Shown in pieces: positions 9,793-18,742 of a stretch of 64,000 nt of DNA. The notes beneath the pieces are model-generated. The model did no database searches and was not told the origin of the DNA. It was given only the letters and a program-made list of their open reading frames with translations. Made by a program: the position numbers and the translations under genes. How positions within the stretch are numbered: the first letter of the stretch is position 1; each line of letters begins with the position of its first letter. This DNA is from a virus: the IMG/VR virus record IMGVR_UViG_3300021375_001810; one strand, given 5' to 3'.

Positions 9793-10830
9793 ATGGATTT
9801 AAGTATTTTATATAGCGGACAAGTTTATCTTTTCCTAATTGTATTTGTAATGATGATTGCAGGTATGATAAAAGAGAACGACTTGTTCAAAGACATCTTC
9901 TGTTTCTTTGAACAGAATTTAAAAAGTAAGAAAGCGGTAGTTGCTATTGTAAGTGCCCTAACAGGACTACTACCTATCAAAGGTCGTGTTACAGTTAGTG
10001 CTGGCATGTTAGACACACTTGCACCCGATAAAGGGTGTTGTGGCCGAGAAAAGTTTGGACCAATTGATTATGTAAGCACACACCACTACTACTTTTGGTC
10101 ACCACTAGAGAAAACAGTTATTCTGCCGATGGCGGCGTTCGGACTGTCTTATGGTGCATTTATGAGTATGATGTGGCCATTGCTTGCTGTAAGTATTGCT
10201 TTTATTCTCGGCTACTTGATATGGGGCGTTAAAGAAAGTGATGTTCAATTACAGGATTGCGGAACAGAAATTAAAGTAAGTCGTATCACACGTTATGTAT
10301 TTCCATACATTGCAGGCGTAGTTGCTATTGTAGCTGGCGTAGACTTTATGTGGTCATTTGGATTGCTTACATTATATTACATGTTTTGTACAGCAACGTT
10401 TGATATTAAGAAGTTACTAGGTTACGTTGACTGGAAACTTATAGGCTGGGTAGCTCTTATTATTGCTCTAGCTAACTTTGCTGTCTCTAACACAGAAGCA
10501 ATTAAAACAGGATTAGAAAGTACAGGATTGGACATTAATACCCCGCTTGGCTTTATTGGTCTTAGTGTGTTTAGTTTCTTAGGTGCATTTGCACTAGGAA
10601 GCAGTTCACGCTTTGGTGCCATCACAGTGTTGATGTCAAGTATATATGGATTGGAGTATCTTCCTTGGTTCTTTGCAGTAGACTTTGTAGGCTATCTAAT
10701 TAGCCCTATGCACAAGTGCGTAGCAATTGGTATGCTGTACTTTGGAACTAAGTTGAGATATTACATTACTATATTAGGCTTATGGGGTGGATTGGTAATC
10801 GCCACCGCTGGGTTGACATTACTGTTCTAA
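9793..10830 (+). CDS. Multi-pass inner-membrane transporter-like protein
   Basis: About 10 hydrophobic segments with internal pseudo-repeat (WSPLEK / ISPMHK); possibly ion-transporter superfamily. Confidence 0.6.
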   Translation: MDLSILYSGQVYLFLIVFVMMIAGMIKENDLFKDIFCFFEQNLKSKKAVVAIVSALTGLLPIKGRVTVSAGMLDTLAPDKGCCGREKFGPIDYVSTHHYYFWSPLEKTVILPMAAFGLSYGAFMSMMWPLLAVSIAFILGYLIWGVKESDVQLQDCGTEIKVSRITRYVFPYIAGVVAIVAGVDFMWSFGLLTLYYMFCTATFDIKKLLGYVDWKLIGWVALIIALANFAVSNTEAIKTGLESTGLDINTPLGFIGLSVFSFLGAFALGSSSRFGAITVLMSSIYGLEYLPWFFAVDFVGYLISPMHKCVAIGMLYFGTKLRYYITILGLWGGLVIATAGLTLLF

Positions 10831-10916
10831 GAGTGTACACTTAATAGGATAGAGGTAAGCACTAGGTTGTGCTTACTATTTTAATAACTTTTTTATAATT
10901 TATTTAAGGAGATAAT

Positions 10917-11504
10917 ATGAAAAATTTAATAATCGCAGGAATACTTGCAATTTTTGCAACAACTACTGTTAGTGCAGATGATTTTGATTATACAGAAGTA
11001 AACACTTTCGTAACTAAAGACAATTGGACCTTTGGTGTAAGAGAGTATGCTGATAAAGATTACTCTCAGCGTATCTTAAGATATGACTTTGAAGGAAATC
11101 CATATCGTTTAGAGTATAGAAAAATTGATCGTGCAGGCGTAGGCGAAGATTGGATTCGCTTTCAAGTCAAGCAGATTAAAAATGGAGCGTTCTTTTTCAA
11201 CTCAAGATTTGAACATAGATCAAGAGAAGGTAGAGAAAACGTTATGCGTTATCGCCCACAGTTTGGTTTAGAAGCACAAGGACAGCCTAACTTATTGTTT
11301 GGTTCACCGTTCTTAATCTTTGAACCACATGTACAATATACGTATGAAGGTAGTAATTTAGATTACAGCCATTTACAAACGTTTATAGGTACAAAATACA
11401 AGTTTGGATCATTCTCAGTGTCGCCTTTTGTTGAAGTCGATTTTGACGATGATTTTAAGAAAGATACAGCATTCTTTGGGGTTGACTTTAAACTCAATCT
11501 ATAA
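10917..11504 (+). CDS. Outer-membrane beta-barrel (small porin-like)
   Basis: Signal peptide (..TVSA/DD), alternating strands rich in Arg, C-terminal FGVDFKLNL. Confidence 0.65.
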   Translation: MKNLIIAGILAIFATTTVSADDFDYTEVNTFVTKDNWTFGVREYADKDYSQRILRYDFEGNPYRLEYRKIDRAGVGEDWIRFQVKQIKNGAFFFNSRFEHRSREGRENVMRYRPQFGLEAQGQPNLLFGSPFLIFEPHVQYTYEGSNLDYSHLQTFIGTKYKFGSFSVSPFVEVDFDDDFKKDTAFFGVDFKLNL

Positions 11505-11531
11505 TATACTTGTATTATAAATGATAAATAA

Positions 11532-11631
11532 ATGTGTAGGGAGATTGATTCTCCTTACATATTTTTAAATAAACTGAAACGCCGAAAGGGTTTCAATAGT
11601 TAACTTGCTTATTAAAGGAGGAAACATTATG
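11532..11631 (+). promoter_or_regulatory. ROSE-like RNA thermometer leader of hsp20
   Basis: Three hairpins; the last has CUUGCUU (11604-11610) pairing with SD AAGGAGG. Confidence 0.6.
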
Positions 11632-12090
11632 ACAAGACTAACTACCTTAGACATCCCATCACTACATAGAGCTACTATCGGCTTCGATAGAATTTTCAGC
11701 GAGCTAGAACGCCAGTTTGAAAATAGCCCTAATAAGAATGGATATCCACCATACAACATTGCACAAATCAACGAAGATGAGTATATGATCTCATTGGCTG
11801 TTGCCGGCTTTGGTATGGATAATCTTTCAATTGAAAAGGATAACAAACTTTTAACAATTGAAGGTACGGCTCCTAAAGGAGATGAAGACGTTAATTACCT
11901 ACATAAAGGTATTGGCGGACGCAACTTCCGTAGGGAGTTCACACTTGCTGATCACGTAGAAGTGAAAAGTGCAGGCCTTGAACTAGGTATGCTAAACATT
12001 CATCTAGTACGTGAAGTTCCAGAAGAACTACAGCCTAAGAAAATTAAGATCAATGAAGGTCTTACTATTGAAGGCGAAACAGGCAAGTAA
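11629..12090 (+). CDS. ibpA: Small heat shock protein Hsp20 (IbpA-like)
   Basis: IGFDR, YPPYNI, LAVAGF, YLHKGI, F.R.FTLA, P.KI.I. Confidence 0.95.
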   Translation: MTRLTTLDIPSLHRATIGFDRIFSELERQFENSPNKNGYPPYNIAQINEDEYMISLAVAGFGMDNLSIEKDNKLLTIEGTAPKGDEDVNYLHKGIGGRNFRREFTLADHVEVKSAGLELGMLNIHLVREVPEELQPKKIKINEGLTIEGETGK

Positions 12091-12138
12091 ATTGTCTAGG
12101 GGGAGTGGGAAACCCTCCCCCACTTAACGGAGAAAGAA

Positions 12139-12450
12139 ATGAGCGAAGAAGTAATTTTAGATGTAAAGATAGATGAGAAATTATCTAAACAAATATCTGA
12201 GCCACCAAAGTTTAAAGTAGTATTACTGAATGATGATGTTACGCCTATTGATTGGGTAATAAAAGTTTTAGTAGAAATATTTAGACATTCAAACGAGAAT
12301 GCTGAAAAAATAACATTAACCATTCATACCGATGGTTCAGGCGTTGCTGGCATATATACTTATGAAATAGCAGAACAGAAAGCACTTGAAGCACAAGACC
12401 AAAGTAGAAGTCAAGGCTTTCCATTACAAATTAAACTAGAGAAAGAGTAA
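12139..12450 (+). CDS. clpS: Clp protease N-degron adaptor ClpS
   Basis: KVVLLNDDVTP, IHTDG, YEIAEQK, GFPLQ. Confidence 0.93.
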   Translation: MSEEVILDVKIDEKLSKQISEPPKFKVVLLNDDVTPIDWVIKVLVEIFRHSNENAEKITLTIHTDGSGVAGIYTYEIAEQKALEAQDQSRSQGFPLQIKLEKE

Positions 12451-12452
12451 AT

Positions 12453-13019
12453 ATGAGCCTAAAAGATCTTACATGGGAACACCATAAAGACGCAGAAAGA
12501 CAAGAATTTGTAAAAGTTATGATGAGTGGTAAGATCAATCCAGAATTATACGCAATCTACTTATGGAATCAACATAAGAAGTATGACCTACTTGAAGCAA
12601 TAGCAGGAGCAAATGGCGTATTAGACGACCTTCCAGGTATCAGACGTAAACAAGAAATTGAAAAAGATTTCTTTGAGTTGTGGACTAAGAAAGAAGAAGA
12701 GCCACCGATACTACCTAGTACAGAAAAATACATCGAACATATGCGTAGTATAATGGCTGACCCCGAAGCACTGATGGCACACATTTATACGTTACACATG
12801 GGCGACCTAAGTGGCGGACAAATGATTAAGAAACGTATTCCAGGCACGGGTAATATGTATAACTTCAAAGTTGACACACAAGAATTAAAAGAAGCCATAC
12901 GTAGTAAAATTCATGACGGCATGGCAGACGAAGCAAAGTTTTGTTTCGAAACAGCAACCAACTTATTTAAAGAACTAATGGAGTTAGACATTGAGCGTTA
13001 TATGGAACCGGTTAATTGA
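12453..13019 (+). CDS. hemO: Heme oxygenase (biliverdin-producing)
   Basis: LKDLTWEHHKDAE (proximal His), AHIYTLHMGDLSGGQMI. Confidence 0.93.
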   Translation: MSLKDLTWEHHKDAERQEFVKVMMSGKINPELYAIYLWNQHKKYDLLEAIAGANGVLDDLPGIRRKQEIEKDFFELWTKKEEEPPILPSTEKYIEHMRSIMADPEALMAHIYTLHMGDLSGGQMIKKRIPGTGNMYNFKVDTQELKEAIRSKIHDGMADEAKFCFETATNLFKELMELDIERYMEPVN

Positions 13020-13683
13020 ATGCCAAGATGAAATTATAAGCATCTTTGACAGTCGAGCAAAAGAAATAGAAGAACCAGGGTTATCACATTTTAATCAACC
13101 AGAGAATGGTTGGATTAATCGTGTGTGGGCAAATGATAGTGTTCGTAGAGCACATATTGATGTTGTAGATGCACGTGAGTCTAGAGGCTTATGGATGATG
13201 CATGTATGTTGTTTTCCAGTTCTTAACAATGATGCGCCAATATACGGCTTTGATGTTATTGCAGGCAAAAACAAAATGACTGGAGCCTTCCATGACTTTA
13301 GTCCTAGTTCTAATCCAGACCATCCTATGATTGATGGATACAGAGAAAGTGTTGAAGAATTTATTCCTAGCAAACAAAGACAACTACCTGAATGGGCAAC
13401 AAATATTTTTACAGATAAAATGCTTGCTGCAGGCAATGTTAAAACAGAGGAAGAAGCAGTTGCTATTATTGACATTGCTATTGCTAATCTTAATGCTTGG
13501 TTTGACGAAGTACCATTATCCGACGGTGACGGTAATTGCGAGATAGTTGCAGCAAGTCAGAACTATTACTGTCATAACCAGCAACAAAATCCACATACGC
13601 CTAACGTTATGAAAACACTTGGTCTTGCAGAAGAAGATGTAGATAAGTTCTGCACAGACATGCTGTTTCCTAAAATAGTATAA
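12991..13683 (+). CDS. pcyX: Ferredoxin-dependent bilin reductase, PcyX/PcyA-like
   Basis: RRAHID, MMHVCCFP, PIYGFDV, R.LPEWA.IF, YCHNQQQNPHT. The Asp57/His71/Asp88 spacing matches the PcyX-type triad as recalled. Overlaps hemO. Confidence 0.85.
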   Translation: MSVIWNRLIECQDEIISIFDSRAKEIEEPGLSHFNQPENGWINRVWANDSVRRAHIDVVDARESRGLWMMHVCCFPVLNNDAPIYGFDVIAGKNKMTGAFHDFSPSSNPDHPMIDGYRESVEEFIPSKQRQLPEWATNIFTDKMLAAGNVKTEEEAVAIIDIAIANLNAWFDEVPLSDGDGNCEIVAASQNYYCHNQQQNPHTPNVMKTLGLAEEDVDKFCTDMLFPKIV

Positions 13684-13713
13684 ATACTATTAATAATTTA
13701 GGAACAACTAATA

Positions 13714-15312
13714 ATGCGTTACAGTGACTTTAAACTTATAGAATCAAAAAAATTAGACGAGTCGGCTAATGCCGGACTAGAAGCTCAACATGCAATACAT
13801 GATATTGATGCTATTAGCAATGCTGTTGCTACTATGGACCCAACAGTTAAGTCTAACGTAGTAAGTAATTTAACAAGTCTTGCTCAAAAGGTCAGAGACT
13901 TTGTTACTAAGAATATTAAGAAAACTCCAGAACCGCAAACAGAAGCATTAGGTAGTGAAGACCAAGAAGCAGAATCTGCATTACAAAGATTAAAAGCCGA
14001 TATTGCTACTATTGAAGCAAGTGATATTGATGAAAACATAAAAGCATCTTTCTTAGCAAGTTTAAACGAAACATTAGACAAACTTACTAAAGCATCTGAA
14101 AACATAAAAACATCAAGAGACTCAGCACGTACTGAGCGTGACGAAGCAATTAACTTTGTTAAAGACGTTACAGGTGTATTAGTTACACTAGGTAACAAAG
14201 TACAAGGATATACAGCAGACTTAGACACAAGTGATATGACAGCAAGAGATAGATCTTCATACAAGAAAATGTCTATTAACGCAGATAAGTTTACTAAAAC
14301 TCTAAAGCAGGCACTGTTTGGAAAAATACTTGATATGCAGGAAGAAAGTGATGTTAAGGCTGAAGAGATTAAAGAGTTTTTACAAGCCTGTGTTGATGGT
14401 AAAGTAATTAACATGCTAAGACTTATTTCTGTAGACAGAGGTAATGTTAAAGATTTTGTAAACCCAAACTATCAAAAAGTATTTGATGTATTTGTAAAAG
14501 AAAACATCTTTAGTTATGCGCCTGGCACAACATCAGGTGCTATTGGTCCAGGCGAAATGGCATTGTCAATGATGGGTAACCCTGCAGAAAAGGGCAAGAA
14601 GGGCGATCTAAAGATTGGCGATGAAGAAGTTGAAATTAAAGCAAGTGCAAAGACCGGTGGGCGTTTCAATAGTAAGGCTATTGCTAAAGCAACTACAGGT
14701 TGGCAAACATGGTCAAACAAAATTAACGAAATTATGCAATCAGCACCAAAGGGTGCAACTATTCCAGTAATGCAAAAAGATGGAACATTCCAAAAAATTG
14801 ATGCACAAAGTTACGATGGTAACCAATACAATGTTATTAAAGGCAAGGCCAAAAAAGGTAGCAAGTATAACTGGAACAAGAAAGGCTTTGATGCACTAAA
14901 CAACGAAGTGTTAGAACCGTATGCAAATAAAAAACAAACTGCTGACTTGTTTATTTCAACAATTAAAGCTCTTGTACAAAACTATGAGAAACTAAGTCAA
15001 GAACAAGCAGGTAATTCACATCATAAACCATTTAAGCCAGCAGAACTAATTATTGATGCAATTAATAATGATGGTACTGTTGACATGAAGAAGATGAATG
15101 TTGCATACTCTAAAATTGCATATGCAAGTTATCACTTAGCAGACGGCATTACAACTGTTATGTTACTTAGAACAGATACATTAGACTACACTATCTTTAA
15201 AGATGCCGACGATTTAGTTGGACAAATGAATAACGATAGGGTTATTACTGGTGGCGGCTTCAATTGGAATGACGACCAGCAAACACCTACCCCTGGCTAC
15301 ACAGCCGCATAA
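13714..15312 (+). CDS. Probable virion-associated protein with PD-(D/E)xK-like motif
   Basis: TATAAATA at 13679; N-terminus MRYSDFKLIES; coiled coil; GPGE...KGDL..G..VEIK. Confidence 0.55.
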   Translation: MRYSDFKLIESKKLDESANAGLEAQHAIHDIDAISNAVATMDPTVKSNVVSNLTSLAQKVRDFVTKNIKKTPEPQTEALGSEDQEAESALQRLKADIATIEASDIDENIKASFLASLNETLDKLTKASENIKTSRDSARTERDEAINFVKDVTGVLVTLGNKVQGYTADLDTSDMTARDRSSYKKMSINADKFTKTLKQALFGKILDMQEESDVKAEEIKEFLQACVDGKVINMLRLISVDRGNVKDFVNPNYQKVFDVFVKENIFSYAPGTTSGAIGPGEMALSMMGNPAEKGKKGDLKIGDEEVEIKASAKTGGRFNSKAIAKATTGWQTWSNKINEIMQSAPKGATIPVMQKDGTFQKIDAQSYDGNQYNVIKGKAKKGSKYNWNKKGFDALNNEVLEPYANKKQTADLFISTIKALVQNYEKLSQEQAGNSHHKPFKPAELIIDAINNDGTVDMKKMNVAYSKIAYASYHLADGITTVMLLRTDTLDYTIFKDADDLVGQMNNDRVITGGGFNWNDDQQTPTPGYTAA

Positions 15313-15313
15313 C

Positions 15314-15372
15314 TGTCAAAATATTAACACTTGCATCTGTCAAATTTTTGCAAAGGTGTTACTTATTTACAC
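15314..15372. promoter_or_regulatory. Candidate CRP/Clr-family operator boxes upstream of csgF
   Basis: TGTCA-N6-TAACA (15314-15329), TGTCA-N6-TGCAA (15338-15353), GTGTTA..TTACAC (15356-15372). Confidence 0.4.
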
Positions 15373-15461
15373 ATAGTTAATATCACCACTCCCTAGATAA
15401 ATACAACGAGAAGGATATATTATAGAATAAGAGTGTGAGGGCTCTAACTTCGGAGATTATT

Positions 15462-15953
15462 ATGACAAAATATGGTTTAGGGGCGATCCTTGTGTTACTA
15501 ACTTTTACTAATGCAGGGGCAACAGAGATTCTATGGGGTTTTAAGAATCCTGCTTTCCATTATGGTAACGGTTATTCAACCCATGTACTAAGTGTAGAGC
15601 AACTACAATATAATCGTAAAAAAGAGATTGCTGATTTTCAAAGATCAGAAGCACTAAGGATTGAAAGAGAACTTGAGAATACAACACTCAACAAGTTCTT
15701 AAAAAACTTAGAGTCAAGAATTTACGCACAGATATCAAAACAGATGGTAGACAGTATGTTTAGCTCATGTGATGATGCTGCAGCGGCCGCTGGAACTTGT
15801 ACACAAGCAACAACAGGTACAGCAACAATAGAAGGTTCTACAATTACGTGGATCAGAGATCCACTAACAGGATCTATTACCCTTCAAATATTAAATGAAG
15901 ACGGTACGTATACGGAAATAACAATTCCTGGATCAGGGGAGTTTGGATTTTAA
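15462..15953 (+). CDS. csgF: Curli assembly protein CsgF-like
   Basis: Signal peptide then ATEILWGFKNPAF; F...LESRIYAQIS; C-terminal G..TEITIP; adjacent to csgG. Confidence 0.85.
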   Translation: MTKYGLGAILVLLTFTNAGATEILWGFKNPAFHYGNGYSTHVLSVEQLQYNRKKEIADFQRSEALRIERELENTTLNKFLKNLESRIYAQISKQMVDSMFSSCDDAAAAAGTCTQATTGTATIEGSTITWIRDPLTGSITLQILNEDGTYTEITIPGSGEFGF

Positions 15954-16892
15954 ATGATACGTTCTCTTTTAATTATTGCTATGACATTGTTAGCAACTGG
16001 GTGTGCCATGACCCCCTCCATGGTAGATTATTCAAAAGAGTCCAGTTGGAAGCCAACTGTACAGACAGCTCCTTTAGTAAATGAACTAAGAGATGTCCCT
16101 GAATTAAACGGCCCAGTAATAACAATAGCAGTTTATAACTTTTTAGACAAAACAGGTCAAAGAAAACCAGCAAGTAATATTGCTAATCTTTCTTCGGCAG
16201 TTTCTCAAGGCAGTGAAGTATGGGTAATAAAGGCATTACAAGAGGCAGGTAACGGCACGTGGTTTCAAGTTGTAGAGCGTGTAGGCCTAGACAATTTAGT
16301 TAAAGAGCGTCAACTGATTCGTTCCACAAGGGAACAGTATGAACGCACAAAAGAGAAAGGACCAACCCCTTTAAAACCTATGCTATTTGCAGGTTTACTT
16401 TTAGAGGGCGGCATTGTAGGTTATGATAGCAATGTTGCAGCAGGGGGTGTAGGAGCCAGATATTTAGGCATTGGAGCACAAACTGAATATCGAATAGACA
16501 CAGTAACCGTGGTGATGAGAATTGTATCAGTAAGTACCGGCAAGGTTTTATTATCTGTCGCTACCGAAAAGGTCATCGCATCGTCACGATCCGGAGCGGA
16601 CGTATTTAAGTTTTTAGATATGGGTACAAAAGCTGTCGAAGCGGAGAGTGGATACTCTGTAAATGAACCAGTCAATTATGCCGTGAGAGCAGCCATTGAG
16701 GCAGGCATAATTGAAATAATAAATCAAGGCGAAAAGGAAGGGCTTTGGAAGTTCAAGGAACAACGGGTAACAGGAACTGAAGCAGAAGTAATAGAGAACA
16801 CTAATGAAGGGGTCTCTATTTATTGTGAAACAGAAGACAAATGTTACACCTCTGAGGAACTGGACAAAAAAGCACAATCTTTAGACCGATAA
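15954..16892 (+). CDS. csgG: Curli secretion channel CsgG (lipoprotein)
   Basis: Lipobox ATGC; IAVYNFLDKTGQRKP, WFQVVER.GLDNLVKERQLIR, EGGIVGYD, NEPV. Confidence 0.95.
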   Translation: MIRSLLIIAMTLLATGCAMTPSMVDYSKESSWKPTVQTAPLVNELRDVPELNGPVITIAVYNFLDKTGQRKPASNIANLSSAVSQGSEVWVIKALQEAGNGTWFQVVERVGLDNLVKERQLIRSTREQYERTKEKGPTPLKPMLFAGLLLEGGIVGYDSNVAAGGVGARYLGIGAQTEYRIDTVTVVMRIVSVSTGKVLLSVATEKVIASSRSGADVFKFLDMGTKAVEAESGYSVNEPVNYAVRAAIEAGIIEIINQGEKEGLWKFKEQRVTGTEAEVIENTNEGVSIYCETEDKCYTSEELDKKAQSLDR

Positions 16893-16898
16893 AGAGGG

Positions 16899-17615
16899 AT
16901 GATTATGAAAAAGATATATACAGGACTCACAGTTCTATTATTATCTAGTTTTGTAAACTTTGCGTCCGCTAATGATATCTATATCGAGCAAGTAGGTGAT
17001 ACTTTAGATTTAGATATTGTTCAGGACGGTACAGGAAATAAAATTGGTGATGCAGTTACAGGCGTAGACCTGGACGGTGCATCCATGACATTTAGTATAT
17101 CTCAAGTTGGAAATACCAACATCGTTTCAGCACTTATCAAAGGTGCATCGTACACTGGTACGTGGGACGTAAATGGTAGTGGTAACGATATCGACTTCAA
17201 ATGTTCTAGTACATCTACAGGTAACTGTGAAGATGTAACAGCAACAATTGACATCGATGGTGACAACACTAACTTAGATTTATATATAGGTGAAAATGGT
17301 GATGCTGATGATACTAATGTTACGTTAGACATTGACGGAAATGGAAACATTCTGAATATGGCTTTAGACGGAACAGACCTGGCGCTAAACTACACTATTG
17401 ACAATAGTGCTAACAGTGGCGGAAGTTCAACACTAGCAAACACCTTTACGATTAATGTTGATGATTCAGGCTTAACTGGACACAATCAAACTATTAGTCT
17501 AATTGGTGGTGGTAATACAGTAGACATCACACAAAGTGGTACAGCTCAAGATCAAACAATAAGTCTTGACTTGCAAACTAGTGGTAGTGATATCGACATT
17601 ACACAGAGCGACTAA
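16899..17615 (+). CDS. Curlin-repeat protein (CsgA/CsgB-like), short
   Basis: Signal peptide; repeated Q.G..N / .G..N beta-arc units; ends GSDIDITQSD. Confidence 0.75.
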   Translation: MIMKKIYTGLTVLLLSSFVNFASANDIYIEQVGDTLDLDIVQDGTGNKIGDAVTGVDLDGASMTFSISQVGNTNIVSALIKGASYTGTWDVNGSGNDIDFKCSSTSTGNCEDVTATIDIDGDNTNLDLYIGENGDADDTNVTLDIDGNGNILNMALDGTDLALNYTIDNSANSGGSSTLANTFTINVDDSGLTGHNQTISLIGGGNTVDITQSGTAQDQTISLDLQTSGSDIDITQSD

Positions 17616-17617
17616 AG

Positions 17618-18742
17618 ATGCAGTTTGCTAGGTATATCCTCGCTGCACTACTTTGGTTACCAATTACAGCATATGCAAATATTGGACAAGTAGCTGATCA
17701 AAAGGGTAATGGTGCGATTGAAAGAGGTAGAGATTTAGTTGGTAGTGGTGTTGGTACTGAAGTACAAAGTATGGATGCTGCTGTTACTACCAACGGAACT
17801 ATGCGAATCGACTTTATTGACGATACTCGAGTAGATATCACACAACATAGTAAACTTATTATTGACGAATTTGTGTTTGATCCAGCGAATGATATCGGAT
17901 CACTAAGTCTAAAAGCGTCATTAGGAACAGTAAGGTACGCATCTGGACAAATTGCAAAGAAGTATAAGCAAAATGTTAAGATTCGTACGCCAAGTGCAAC
18001 AATCGGTGTACGTGGTACTGATTTCGTAATGGTTGTGGACGAAGTTGGCGGAAGTTTAATTACGCTTCTACCAAGTTGTGACTCTGCTGGAAACTGTTAT
18101 ACTGGAGAGATAACAGTGGAAACAGACGCAGGAATGGTTATTATGAATCAAGCATTCCAAGCAACGGCAACACAGACTTCTTCACAGCCTCCGACGCCGC
18201 CCAGACTGTTAGACTTACCAGAAGATATGATTGATACTCTTTTAATTGTAAGAAAGAAAACACCATGGGTTGAAGACGAGGAAGAATGGAAAAAGGCAAA
18301 GAAACAAACAGCAGATATTTTAGGTATTGATTATTTAGAGTTTGATGGATTAGATGTTGAAGTATTTCAAGACCAAGAAGAAATATGGCACACTGAACTT
18401 GACGAAACAGACTTTATGTTAGGCGACTTATTAATAGATATTTTAGAACAACTTAATATTCAATTAGCAGAACTATTTAAAGATGAATTTGAAAAACAAA
18501 AAACAGACTTTAGCGGAGTTAAGTTAGGGTTTGATGCAACAACAGGAATAAGAATTACAGACGTAGATCCATCATATCTATTTGAAAGATATGACAATAT
18601 AGGAACTAACAATGTATACCTAAAGTTGCGTAAAGGAAGCGGAGGATATACTATCAATTTACAACAGGGCGATTTCGAATTAATAGATTATAGAATCGGA
18701 ACTGGTCCTAATAGCATTGACATATATCAAAATAGCCAATGA
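17618..18742 (+). CDS. Secreted FecR-domain protein
   Basis: Signal peptide; F.DDT.V......L.IDEFVFDP, G..RYASG, TPSATIGVRGTDF. Confidence 0.85.
   Translation: MQFARYILAALLWLPITAYANIGQVADQKGNGAIERGRDLVGSGVGTEVQSMDAAVTTNGTMRIDFIDDTRVDITQHSKLIIDEFVFDPANDIGSLSLKASLGTVRYASGQIAKKYKQNVKIRTPSATIGVRGTDFVMVVDEVGGSLITLLPSCDSAGNCYTGEITVETDAGMVIMNQAFQATATQTSSQPPTPPRLLDLPEDMIDTLLIVRKKTPWVEDEEEWKKAKKQTADILGIDYLEFDGLDVEVFQDQEEIWHTELDETDFMLGDLLIDILEQLNIQLAELFKDEFEKQKTDFSGVKLGFDATTGIRITDVDPSYLFERYDNIGTNNVYLKLRKGSGGYTINLQQGDFELIDYRIGTGPNSIDIYQNSQ

Noticed and set aside
12099-12121. GC-rich hairpin after hsp20 as a terminator
   Set aside because: No U-tract follows; more likely an mRNA stabilising or processing stem within the operon
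12453-13683. Cyanophage identity inferred from bilin genes
   Set aside because: No psbA/hli/cpeT-type genes in the window; the reductase looks PcyX-type, and the tmRNA, IbpA and curli genes look proteobacterial
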